From Armatimonadota bacterium (GTDB taxonomy: Bacteria; Vulcanimicrobiota; JACPDS01; JBDRKI01): DNA of 64,000 nt. Both the position numbers and the translations under genes were made by a program. The notes under the pieces were generated by a model. It had not been told where the DNA came from. It searched no databases and saw nothing but the letters and a program-made list of their open reading frames with translations. Position 1 is the stretch's first letter. The number at the start of each line of letters is the position of its first letter. Positions 49,805 to 58,780 of the stretch are shown one piece after another. The stretch spans positions 277 through 64,276 of the forward strand of contig JBDRKI010000023.1 of the NCBI GenBank assembly GCA_043814095.1, read 5' to 3'.

Positions 49805-50707
49805 GTGAAAAGCTACCAAATTAAACTTCCGGCCACATCAGCCAATATGGGCGCAGGATTTGACTGCTTATCCGTTGCTCTTTCAAAATATTTAAAATTA
49901 AAAGCGTCTTTGTCCGATAGCTTGAATATTACGGTTGCAGGCAAATACGCAAGAGGCATAGTTAACAGTGAACATAATCTTATATTTAAGGTTTTCAAAT
50001 CAGTTTACAATAAATTAAATCCCGATAAAGATATTCCCAGCCTTACTCTTGTTACGGATAATGATATTCCCGTTGAAAAAGGATTGGGTTCTTCCGCAGC
50101 CGCGATAACGGGCGGGATTATCCTTGCTTATCTTTTTTCCGGGATAAATCCTGAAAAAGATAAAATATTTGCCGAAGCCGTTAATATTGAGGGGCATGCA
50201 GATAATGTAGGAGCGTGCGTCTACGGCGGGATGCGGGTAAACAAAAAAATAAGGGATGACGAATATGTGAGTGTGCCGTTTGGGATTCCGTATAAAATGA
50301 GCGCGCATCTTGTAATACCGGATTTTTCCATAAACACGAAAAAAGCAAGGAATATACTGCCTTCAAGCTACGGGAGAGAAGAGACTGTAGAGAGTTTAAG
50401 TTCATTGGCTTTTGTCCTTGCATCCCTTAAGGAAGGCAGATGGCATAATTTAAAATACTGCAGGGATTTTATACATGAACCCTACAGACTTGGACTTAAT
50501 GAAACACTGCACAATCTGTTTGATAATTTAAAACAGATAGATAACAGCTGGGTGTTTTTAAGCGGATCGGGCTCAACGATAGTTGTGATGGAAAAAGAAT
50601 CAGAGCCTCTTAATGCTGAAAAGATAAAACAGATTATTTCCTCACAGGATCTTTCCTGCGAGTATGAAAAGATAGAAATTGCCACGGAAGGTGCCGTATG
50701 GAGTTAA
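49805..50707 (+). CDS. thrB: Homoserine kinase
   Basis: GHMP kinase motif PVEKGLGSSAAA; GTG start. Confidence 0.8.
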   Translation: MKSYQIKLPATSANMGAGFDCLSVALSKYLKLKASLSDSLNITVAGKYARGIVNSEHNLIFKVFKSVYNKLNPDKDIPSLTLVTDNDIPVEKGLGSSAAAITGGIILAYLFSGINPEKDKIFAEAVNIEGHADNVGACVYGGMRVNKKIRDDEYVSVPFGIPYKMSAHLVIPDFSINTKKARNILPSSYGREETVESLSSLAFVLASLKEGRWHNLKYCRDFIHEPYRLGLNETLHNLFDNLKQIDNSWVFLSGSGSTIVVMEKESEPLNAEKIKQIISSQDLSCEYEKIEIATEGAVWS

Positions 50708-51921
50708 TAGTCCAGAAATACGGCGGCACATCTGTCGCTACCGCCGACCTTATAATGAGTGTCGCAAAGCGCATAAAAAAGATAAAGAAAGAAAAGAAAG
50801 CCGATATAGCCGTTGTTGTCTCAGCCATGGGAAAGACAACCGATGAGCTTGTCTCCCGCGCGAAAAAGATAAATGAAAATCCGAGCATGCGCGAGATGGA
50901 TATGCTTCTCTCCTGCGGTGAGACAATGTCAATTGCCCTTCTTACAATGGCGCTTCATAAAATCGGGGTGGATGCCATATCCCTTACGGGCGCGCAGGTC
51001 GGGATAGTTACCGACACACGTCATACCGAAGCAAAGATTATACATATAGACACAAGCAGAATAAAGAAGCATCTTAAAGAGGGAAAGGTTGTTATAGTAG
51101 CGGGCTTTCAGGGTGTAAGCCAGGAGAATGAGATAACAACGCTTGGCAGGGGCGGTTCGGATACTTCCGCAGTTGCTCTGGCCGCGGCGCTTTCTGCTGA
51201 TGTATGCGAGATACTTACCGATGTTGACGGGGTTTATTCCGCTGATCCCAATACGGTTACAGAGGCAAGAAAGATTAAAAGATGCAGTTATGACGCTGTT
51301 CTTGAGATGGCATTTATGGGGGCGAAAGTACTTCATCCGCGCTCTGTTGAGATCGCCAGAAAGCATAAACTGCCGCTCCATGTAAGGTCAAGTTTTAACG
51401 ATGAAGAAGGAACAATTATTGAGGAGATAAAGGATATGGATATTGAGAAAAACATAGTAAGAGGAATCGCTCACAATAAAAATATCGTGAAAGTTTCAAT
51501 TGTAGGGGTGCCGGACCAGCCCGGTGTGGCCGCAAAAATATTTAAAGGGCTTGACGAAAAAAATATACGCATAGGCCTTATAGTACAGGCGCCCAGCCAT
51601 GACAATAGAACGGATATAACATTTGTCGCCAATTCCAAGGACATTGATATTGTTAAAGAAACGGTTGATTTAATAGTGGAAAAAATAGGGGCAAAGGAAG
51701 CCGTATATAATGAAGATGTAGCGACAATATCAATAGTATGGGAAGGAATTTCCGGTTCCAGCCAGATATCAGCGAAAATATTTGAAGTCCTGGCAAAAAA
51801 GAAAATAAATATAGATGTTATAAGCACATCTACTATAACAATAACATGCATAATTGAAAAAGATAAGCTAAAAGAAGCGGTAAAAGCGCTTCATGAAGAA
51901 TTAATAGAGAAAGAACTGTAA
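50698..51921 (+). CDS. lysC: Aspartate kinase with C-terminal ACT domains
   Basis: VQKYGGTSV N-terminus and kinase core; tandem ACT domains. Confidence 0.85.
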   Translation: MELIVQKYGGTSVATADLIMSVAKRIKKIKKEKKADIAVVVSAMGKTTDELVSRAKKINENPSMREMDMLLSCGETMSIALLTMALHKIGVDAISLTGAQVGIVTDTRHTEAKIIHIDTSRIKKHLKEGKVVIVAGFQGVSQENEITTLGRGGSDTSAVALAAALSADVCEILTDVDGVYSADPNTVTEARKIKRCSYDAVLEMAFMGAKVLHPRSVEIARKHKLPLHVRSSFNDEEGTIIEEIKDMDIEKNIVRGIAHNKNIVKVSIVGVPDQPGVAAKIFKGLDEKNIRIGLIVQAPSHDNRTDITFVANSKDIDIVKETVDLIVEKIGAKEAVYNEDVATISIVWEGISGSSQISAKIFEVLAKKKINIDVISTSTITITCIIEKDKLKEAVKALHEELIEKEL

Positions 51922-51938
51922 TAATAAGGAGCTTTATT

Positions 51939-52979
51939 ATGTCAGACAAGATTTCAGTCGGTGTATTGGGAGCTACCGGTACAGTAGGGCAGATGTTTAT
52001 AAATTTATTAAGAGACCACCCGTGGTTTGAGGTAAAAGAGATTGCGGCATCAGACAGGTCAAGAGGTTCGGTTTACTCCGCCCTTATGAATGACCGATGG
52101 AAGATGACAAGTCTTATTCCTGCGGGTATAGAAGGAATGATTGTAAAGGGATGTGATGATGACCTCTCCTCAAAGATTCTTTTTTCAGGGCTTGATTCAT
52201 CGGTTGCCGGCGAGATTGAGGAGTTTTACGCGCAGAAAGGGCATATTGTTATAAGCAACTCAAGAAACCACAGGATGGGGGAACATGTTCCGCTTCTTGT
52301 GCCGGAAGTAAACCATGACCATACCGGACTTTTAAAATACCAGAACCGCAGGGGAAAGATAGTTACAAACCCCAACTGTTCCACAGTGGGTATGGTGCTT
52401 GCTCTTGCCCCAATAGAGAAGAAATTCGGGATTGATAAGATAATCGTTACAACAATGCAGGCATTAAGCGGGGCGGGTTACCCGGGCGTGCCTTCAATGG
52501 ATATATTAGATAACCTTATCCCTTATATATCTGGTGAAGAGCCGAAGATGGAGACCGAAACATTGAAGCTTTTCGGCAAACTGGAAGACGGTAAAATTAA
52601 ATTCGCGGATATTAAGATAAGCGCTTCATGCAACAGGGTTGCCATTACGGACGGCCATACCGAGTGTATATCTTTTTCACTGAAAAATAAGGCGTCTATA
52701 GAGGATTTGAAAAATGAGATAAAACAGTTTAATCCTTTAAAAGACATGAAGCTTCCGTCTGCGCCCAATCCACCTGTTATAATAACGGAACAGGAGAACA
52801 GGCCCCAGCCCAGGTATGACAGGAACCGCTCAAACGGCATGTCAGCTGTTATGGGCAGGTTAAGGGAATGTCCTGTTCTTGGTTATAAAATGACGATACT
52901 TTCACATAATACGATAAGGGGAGCGGCAGGTTGCGCGATACTGAACGCCGAGCTTTTAAAAGCAAAAGGATTGATATAA
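51939..52979 (+). CDS. asd: Aspartate-semialdehyde dehydrogenase
   Basis: GATGxVGQ NAD-binding motif; catalytic Cys block NPNCST. Confidence 0.85.
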   Translation: MSDKISVGVLGATGTVGQMFINLLRDHPWFEVKEIAASDRSRGSVYSALMNDRWKMTSLIPAGIEGMIVKGCDDDLSSKILFSGLDSSVAGEIEEFYAQKGHIVISNSRNHRMGEHVPLLVPEVNHDHTGLLKYQNRRGKIVTNPNCSTVGMVLALAPIEKKFGIDKIIVTTMQALSGAGYPGVPSMDILDNLIPYISGEEPKMETETLKLFGKLEDGKIKFADIKISASCNRVAITDGHTECISFSLKNKASIEDLKNEIKQFNPLKDMKLPSAPNPPVIITEQENRPQPRYDRNRSNGMSAVMGRLRECPVLGYKMTILSHNTIRGAAGCAILNAELLKAKGLI

Positions 52980-53034
52980 ATATACATTTTTTTAAAAATA
53001 CGCTATAATATAAATATCCAACTTTTTTAATGAG

Positions 53035-53493
53035 GTGTTTATGAGTATAAGATATGTAGCTTATGACCTTCCGTTTTCAAAAACCGAGAGCTTGTATAAA
53101 GAAAAATCCATTATTTTTAACCATAAGGAAGGCTTTAATTCTGAAGGGGTTAAAATATTTTATAAAAACGGGGAGCCTGACAAGATAGTATACTGGAGCG
53201 AAAGAATAATGGAAGGCGATTATGAAGCCATTAAATATAAATTCAGGTATTATCCTAAAAAGTCCGATGAGAAGTGTCTTGAAGAAGATATAATCTCTCT
53301 CGGCGGTGAATATAAATATAAAGGCAGTATCCCCATGACAGAGCATAATAAAGAAGGATTTATAGAGCATCTTAAAACAGCCCGTAAGCGGCTGGTTGAT
53401 AAAAACGGGAAACACCTGCATATGAAAGCATTAAAGGATGCCATTGAAAGAATAACTTCAGTAAAATGCGCCGAGTACGCTGACAGGAATTAG
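53035..53493 (+). CDS. Hypothetical protein (152 aa)
   Basis: ORF only. Confidence 0.4.
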   Translation: MFMSIRYVAYDLPFSKTESLYKEKSIIFNHKEGFNSEGVKIFYKNGEPDKIVYWSERIMEGDYEAIKYKFRYYPKKSDEKCLEEDIISLGGEYKYKGSIPMTEHNKEGFIEHLKTARKRLVDKNGKHLHMKALKDAIERITSVKCAEYADRN

Positions 53494-53576
53494 GGAATTT
53501 TAAATTAAAATGACCTATACCAGAGTATAATTATTAAAGCAGGTTGACACTCTCCTGAATAAATTCAAGGAGATTC

Positions 53577-54014
53577 TCAGGCTACGCTTGCGGCAGTCCG
53601 CTGCGTTAGCGCCCGAAGGTTCTGCCCGAACCTAAGAATATTTATTGCGGCATTTAAGTCTCTGTCTAATTCTATTCCGCAGAAAGAACAATGATGCACG
53701 CGCACTGACAAGTCCTTGGATACATTCTTTCCGCAATTTGAGCATTTTTGACTTGTACCATGAGGATTTACTTTAATTACTATTCTACCAGCCTCTTCCG
53801 CTTTATAGCATAGCAAATTAAAAAACATACCCCATGAGCAATCAGCAATAGACTTACTCAAATGCCTGTTTCTAACCATACCTTTGATATTCAGATTTTC
53901 TATAGCAAGAATTTCCACATCAATTTCTTTGGCTTTTTCTTCCACAATCTGTCTTAATCTGTTTTTAACTTTGCCGGTTAAAACAGGCTTTCTCCTTTTA
54001 GGACACCATATCAA
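53577..54014 (-). pseudogene. tnpB: IS200/IS605-family tnpB C-terminal fragment (RuvC-III plus zinc finger only)
   Basis: CSNCG...CSFCG zinc ribbon and the TnpB C-terminal pattern; only 145 aa remain. An imperfect palindrome CTCCTGAAT-AA-ATTCAaGGAG lies at 53540-53570, just past the fragment's 3' end. Confidence 0.65.
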
Positions 54015-54202
54015 ATGATAGTTGAGAAGATAGATATGGTGGCCGAGCCTGTTTGTATTTCATGTTGACATTATATCATATATCAACGAATTAATCTATC
54101 GAATAGAAAAACAAGGGAGCCATTCATCCCCTGTTTAAAAACAGAAGCTTTCTGGCTAGTATTTTGTAAAAAGCTCACCTCTCGGCGGCAGATGAGGTTA
54201 TC

Positions 54203-54547
54203 TTATTTTTCCAGATCCATTAATATTTTTTCGAAAATAGATTTTAATCGCGGGATTTCTTTTTTGATTGTTTCCCATACAATGTTTAATTTAACCCCAA
54301 AATATTCATGAATAAGCTTGTCTCTCATGCCTGTCATATCTTTCCATGGTACTTCGGGATATTTTTTCTTTATATCTTCTGGAATTTTTTTTACAGCTTC
54401 ACCTATAATCTCAAGTGCTCTTACGGCGGCAAATGAAGTTTTATCATCTTTTGCAAACTGTTCGTCGGTCATGCCCTCGGTAAAATTTACTGCATTATCA
54501 ATGGCATTGATAATATCCTCAATATAATCCCCTACTTCTCTTTTCAT
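54203..54547 (-). CDS. hepT: HEPN toxin HepT (DUF86)
   Basis: R-x4-HxY motif (RDKLIHEY). Confidence 0.75.
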   Translation of the reverse strand: MKREVGDYIEDIINAIDNAVNFTEGMTDEQFAKDDKTSFAAVRALEIIGEAVKKIPEDIKKKYPEVPWKDMTGMRDKLIHEYFGVKLNIVWETIKKEIPRLKSIFEKILMDLEK

Positions 54548-54843
54548 AACGGCACAACCTCATTTAATATATGTCTGCCTATTCTTGGCTTTAATGATGA
54601 TTTTTCCACAAGATCAACTTTTACACCCAAAAGTTCGCTTAAATAATTTTCCATATTTACAAATTTTAAAAGTCCTATTAAAGCATTCTTTTCAAATTCC
54701 ACAAGTATGTCCAAATCGCTTTTTATATTGTTTTCCCCTCTTAAATATGAGCCAAAAATACCGATTTCTTTTATGCCGTACTTTTTTTTCAATTTTTCCT
54801 TATGATTGTTCAATATCCGTTTTATTTCGTCCAGAGTTTTCAT
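54544..54843 (-). CDS. mntA: Nucleotidyltransferase antitoxin MntA
   Basis: GSYLRGENNIKSDLDILV NTase motif; 4-nt overlap with hepT. Confidence 0.75.
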   Translation of the reverse strand: MKTLDEIKRILNNHKEKLKKKYGIKEIGIFGSYLRGENNIKSDLDILVEFEKNALIGLLKFVNMENYLSELLGVKVDLVEKSSLKPRIGRHILNEVVPL

Positions 54844-54872
54844 CTCAAATTATGCCCTCCACTAGATCAAAG

Positions 54873-54894
54873 AATCGCTTTAATTAAAGCGATT
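54873..54894. promoter_or_regulatory. Perfect 22-bp palindrome AATCGCTTTAATTAAAGCGATT 30 bp upstream of mntA; candidate TA operator
   Basis: Read directly. Confidence 0.5.
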
Positions 54895-55146
54895 ATATCA
54901 AAAATATACTGCTAAGTCAAAATAATATATATTTTTGTTAAATACGAAAATCAGGAAGCGGCAATATAGGCGCCATTAATGCCGTGAGAGCCTTAGGATT
55001 TGTCCCGGGGGTAACTGTCCTTATGGCAGATATTGTGACATACTCACGGGGTTAAAACTCCATGCATCTTTGGTTTTCAGATGCTAGAGCTTCCTGCTTC
55101 AACGATACTTGACTCGTAGACCATTACCCCTCAAGGGGGTAAAATG

Positions 55147-55185
55147 TTAACAAATTGTTAACATATTTGTAACATTTTTGTAACA
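55147..55185 (+). promoter_or_regulatory. Four TTAACA/GTAACA hexamers at exact 11-bp spacing (55147, 55158, 55169, 55180) followed by a TATAAT -10
   Basis: Same architecture as the arrays at 48-86 and 2902-2929. Confidence 0.45.
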
Positions 55186-55284
55186 TTTTTATATTTACTT
55201 ATAGTCATATATCCCCTATAATGATTATAGATATGAAATAGGCGTTTTTTTCCTATTTGTATTGATTTCTTTACAGAGGTTATT

Positions 55285-55833
55285 ATGCGCGGACCTGATT
55301 TAACAAACTTAAGATCAACATTAAACAGAATAAACCAGATCCAGAGCATGTTTGACGCGGAAAAAAGCACCCAGTCAAATGATGTTTCATTTGACGCTAT
55401 GCTCCAGGGCGCATTAAACAAAAGCACGGGTGGAAGCTTCGCGGCGAACCAGCTGCTTAATAATCTGTCATATATAAACCACTTAAATAACCAGACCCTT
55501 GTAGACTTATCGGATCCCAAGAAAATGATTAAATACAAAAATTATGAGATGCAGGCAAAAACAGCAGCAAGATTCCAGAAGCTTGAATACCTTGTATCAA
55601 AACATTTCCCAGGAAAAGAAGTTATAATAACTTCAACAACTGACGGTATGCATCTTGATCAGAATCACTACACCGGCGAAGCTGTTGACTTTGTGGTTGA
55701 CGGCATAACAAGAGAAGAATCAAGACAGCTTGAGGAATTATGCAGACAAGCCGGTTTTAAGCCGTACAACGAATACCTGTACGGTTCAAGATACAAGCCG
55801 GGCGATCATATGCATATAGATTATGTAGATTAA
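55285..55833 (+). CDS. FlgJ-like rod-binding N-terminal region fused to a LAS/peptidase-M15-type zinc peptidase motif (putative cell-wall hydrolase)
   Basis: SFDAMLQ motif (Rod_binding-like); H-x5-H-x2-G-x-A-x-D (HLDQNHYTGEAVD) and HxH (HMH) zinc-ligand pattern of M15/VanY-type peptidases. Confidence 0.5.
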   Translation: MRGPDLTNLRSTLNRINQIQSMFDAEKSTQSNDVSFDAMLQGALNKSTGGSFAANQLLNNLSYINHLNNQTLVDLSDPKKMIKYKNYEMQAKTAARFQKLEYLVSKHFPGKEVIITSTTDGMHLDQNHYTGEAVDFVVDGITREESRQLEELCRQAGFKPYNEYLYGSRYKPGDHMHIDYVD

Positions 55834-55860
55834 GAAAAACAAATATATTTAAAAATTAAA

Positions 55861-55896
55861 AAAAGACTGTTCGTTTTGAACAGTCTTTTTTTTTTA
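55861..55896 (+). terminator. Strong intrinsic terminator (9-bp stem, 9-T run)
   Basis: AGACTGTTCgttttGAACAGTCT followed by TTTTTTTTT. Confidence 0.8.
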
Positions 55897-55898
55897 CA

Positions 55899-56268
55899 GT
55901 GCGCCCGGCAGGGCGCAATTACCTGAAGGTGAGAGTCCTTTTCAGGCCAGATGCGGGGAACTGCTAGTTAAACGTCAAGGGTGTCCACAGACAAAGCGCT
56001 GGCCTGACGAACAGAAATCACAAAATAGGCGTACATGCTGGATGAGAAGGCTGTTATCTTTAAAGTCCGATACCCATACGAAAAGCATGTGCGTAGATGT
56101 GGCGGGCATAAGCGTGAAGGTGATTGCGCATTACCTGGGGAGGTCCATGAATTTGCCGTAGTGCTATTGCCGTCGAGAGACGGCGAGATGAGTTCAGAGA
56201 AGTCAGCAGAGGTCATAGTAGGTTGTTCGACCGCAACCGAAGGACTAAATTCATCACGGCTTACCTCC
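55899..56268 (+). mobile_element. Group II intron 5' fragment (class-C-like): GTGCG start immediately after a terminator; ~370 nt GC-rich, no ORF, no domain V
   Basis: GTGCGCCCGGCAGGGCGCAA resembles the Ll.LtrB 5' end GUGCGCCCAGAUAGGGUG. It shares 11-12-nt blocks with 37626-37900. Bacterial class C introns target sites just 3' of intrinsic terminators. Confidence 0.5.
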
Positions 56269-56343
56269 TTTCTTTTTGTTTTATTTAATGGCTTTTTATG
56301 CCTTTAAATCTTGATTGAGGGAAGTCTCTTTCTCCCTTCCCAC

Positions 56344-56356
56344 CTATATTATACCC
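56344..56356. repeat. Homopolymeric C13 tract
   Basis: Read directly; lies in an AT-rich intergenic region. Confidence 0.9.
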
Positions 56357-56481
56357 CCCCCCCCCCGCGTATACGGATATAGGTCAAAGGGAGTATTTTT
56401 GCGCATAAAAAGATAATTTTTGAGTGATTTTGCTAAATGACTTTACAAGCGGATGAAACGACAAAAAACAGCTATTTTACA

Positions 56482-58779
56482 TTACGCCAGAGTAACCCTG
56501 TTTTTGCCTTCATGCTTTGACTTATATGTTGAAAGATCAGCTTTGAAAATAAGGTCTACTTTTGAAGAGGCATCATCCGGATATGTTGAGACACCTATGC
56601 TGCCGGTAATCTGTACCGGGTATTTATTAACATGCTGGAAAAAGCCTTCCCTTATCCTTTCGGCGATCATAGCGGCTTCTTCCTTGCTCTGACCCACAAG
56701 CACAAGCGAAAATTCATCCCCGCCGTAACGGCAGACAAAATCGCTCTCCCTTGTATAGGTTCTTAACATGACGGCTATCTCAGAAAGAACCTTATCCCCT
56801 GCGGGGTGGCCCAGCGTATCATTAAACTGTTTAAAGTGATCTAAATCAATAAATATTAAAGATACCGGCTTATTATATCTCTGTGACCATTTAAGCGATT
56901 CCTCAAGGCGCTCCTGGAAATACCTGTGGGTATAAAGGCCGGTAATGCCGTCGGTAATCGCTAATGCGGCGATCTTTTCATAAAATTCCGCGTTCTGTAT
57001 GGCCATTGCCGCCTGATATGCAACCGATACAACCAAACCCAGCTGGTCGCCGTTAAATGAATACGGAAGCGTGGCCCCGAAATAAACCGCCCCTATAATC
57101 TGATTCTCAACAATTAAAGGAGCCGCTATTATAGACTGCTCTTCTTCGGTCAGATTTTCAAGAATAGATTCTTTCGCGTCTTCAAGCAGCAGTACTTTTC
57201 TGTTTGTATAAATCCAGCCGAGCAGACCTTTTTTGGGATCTAATTTTGTATCTTTAAAATAATCTTCATGCGGAGATATTATATGTTCGGGGACAAACTT
57301 TGCTTGATCTGCTTCGCCTTCAAGCTTAAATATAACGCAGGTCTGGTAATTAAGCATGCTTTTTGTCGCGTCACCTATAATCTTTAAGGTTTCCTTAAGA
57401 TGTAATGTCGTGCCCAGCGTTTTACCGAAATCCGATATCATTGATATTTCCTTAACTTTGATATCCAGCTGTTCATTTATTCTCTGCTGGACTTTAAGGG
57501 CTTCTTCCTGGGCTTCAAATAAAAGCGCTGATTTAATAGCGATAGCCGAAGCTGTCGCAAGATTTGAAACGGATTCCAAATGCTCTGTTGTAAAACTGTT
57601 GGGATTTTTAGCTCCTATGTAAATCACGCCTATAAGCTTGTTCTGGATTATAAGGGGGATGCCCATTATGGATGCTTCGTCTTTAAATATCCTATGTTCT
57701 GAAGAGGTATCCATGTTGCCAACCAGAACCGGTTTGTTTTTATCCGCTACAACTTCCACGACTTTCTCTTCAAGCTTCAAAAGATTGGAAGCCTCAAGCA
57801 CCTCTTTATAGGGAGTGGAATATTTATATGGGATGAGCTCCTTTTCTTTATTATACAAATATATAACACAGCTCTGGCAGAATATGAGCCTTCTTATCAT
57901 ATATATAACATTATTAAGAACGCTTTCCAAGGTGAGGTTGGCGCCCAGAACGTGGCCCAGTTCAAAGAAAATAGAGAGTTCATCTATTTTCTTCTGCAGG
58001 GTATTATCAAGACTTATATTTGATTCTTTTATCTTATGAAGCTCTGCCTCAAGATAGTTCATTCTTCCCTCAGCCGCTTCCTGACTCTTAACCTCGGCCA
58101 CATGAACCGATATCCCCTGCATATACCTTACCGCCAACAGCACGGGTATAATAAACGCGGTAAAATAGGGTCCCTTCATATAAAGCATTGTTGTGGCTAC
58201 AGCCAGGGGAATAACGGCTATGCTTACAAAACCTGCTTTGTTTTTGGCTAAGTTCCAGATCTTCTGCTTGTCGGGAAAATACATTCCTATAAAAATAGCG
58301 GGAAGAAGATAATCCATCAGCATATACACAACGGCTATCACAATAAGTGAAATTATATTGCCTAAAGACAGAAACGCGGCGCTTGCGTTAGTTATATAAT
58401 AAATCGTGCCGGTAAAAATAATTATTAAAAAAGTGTCGGAAAAATCAGCCAGCCTGAACCACGAATTAGAATAATTAACTATTAATGCCCTGAACACCGA
58501 ATTAATAAGCACGGCAAGGATGGCCATCTGCGGCCCGAATACAATTAGTACCGTAAAATAAATTACAAAAGCCGGATTAATGCTCCCGAAAAAACCTACG
58601 CGGAATGAAGTAATTTCAAAGGCCAGGGCTATGATAAGTAAAAAAATAAACGATCCCAGCCCGCTTGACGGCGGAGATACGGAACCCAGTATTTTATAAA
58701 AAAGCAATACCCCGAGAATAAGGGCGATAAGAAACTTGATTATTATAAATTTTTTCGCGCCGCCGGAAATTTCTTCCAT
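56482..58779 (-). CDS. Multi-TM GAF-GAF-GGDEF diguanylate cyclase
   Basis: RYGGDEF active site and two GAF-like regions; 8-10 N-terminal TM helices. Confidence 0.8.
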   Translation of the reverse strand: MEEISGGAKKFIIIKFLIALILGVLLFYKILGSVSPPSSGLGSFIFLLIIALAFEITSFRVGFFGSINPAFVIYFTVLIVFGPQMAILAVLINSVFRALIVNYSNSWFRLADFSDTFLIIIFTGTIYYITNASAAFLSLGNIISLIVIAVVYMLMDYLLPAIFIGMYFPDKQKIWNLAKNKAGFVSIAVIPLAVATTMLYMKGPYFTAFIIPVLLAVRYMQGISVHVAEVKSQEAAEGRMNYLEAELHKIKESNISLDNTLQKKIDELSIFFELGHVLGANLTLESVLNNVIYMIRRLIFCQSCVIYLYNKEKELIPYKYSTPYKEVLEASNLLKLEEKVVEVVADKNKPVLVGNMDTSSEHRIFKDEASIMGIPLIIQNKLIGVIYIGAKNPNSFTTEHLESVSNLATASAIAIKSALLFEAQEEALKVQQRINEQLDIKVKEISMISDFGKTLGTTLHLKETLKIIGDATKSMLNYQTCVIFKLEGEADQAKFVPEHIISPHEDYFKDTKLDPKKGLLGWIYTNRKVLLLEDAKESILENLTEEEQSIIAAPLIVENQIIGAVYFGATLPYSFNGDQLGLVVSVAYQAAMAIQNAEFYEKIAALAITDGITGLYTHRYFQERLEESLKWSQRYNKPVSLIFIDLDHFKQFNDTLGHPAGDKVLSEIAVMLRTYTRESDFVCRYGGDEFSLVLVGQSKEEAAMIAERIREGFFQHVNKYPVQITGSIGVSTYPDDASSKVDLIFKADLSTYKSKHEGKNRVTLA

Positions 58780-58780
58780 A

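Noticed and set aside
54960-55130. Structured-looking segment (CCGTGAG...CTCACGG stem; ACCCCTcaAGGGGGT hairpin) upstream of the third TTAACA array; considered a riboswitch
   Set aside because: It lies upstream of the promoter elements rather than in a 5' leader, and no known riboswitch consensus (GEMM, preQ1, SAM, TPP) was recognised; left unassigned.
55899-56268. Possible RNase P or other housekeeping structured RNA, because of the GC-rich 370-nt block
   Set aside because: It lacks the GGAAAGUCCGG and ACAGAACCCGGCUUA P4 elements and is too short. The GTGCG start right after a terminator fits a group II fragment.
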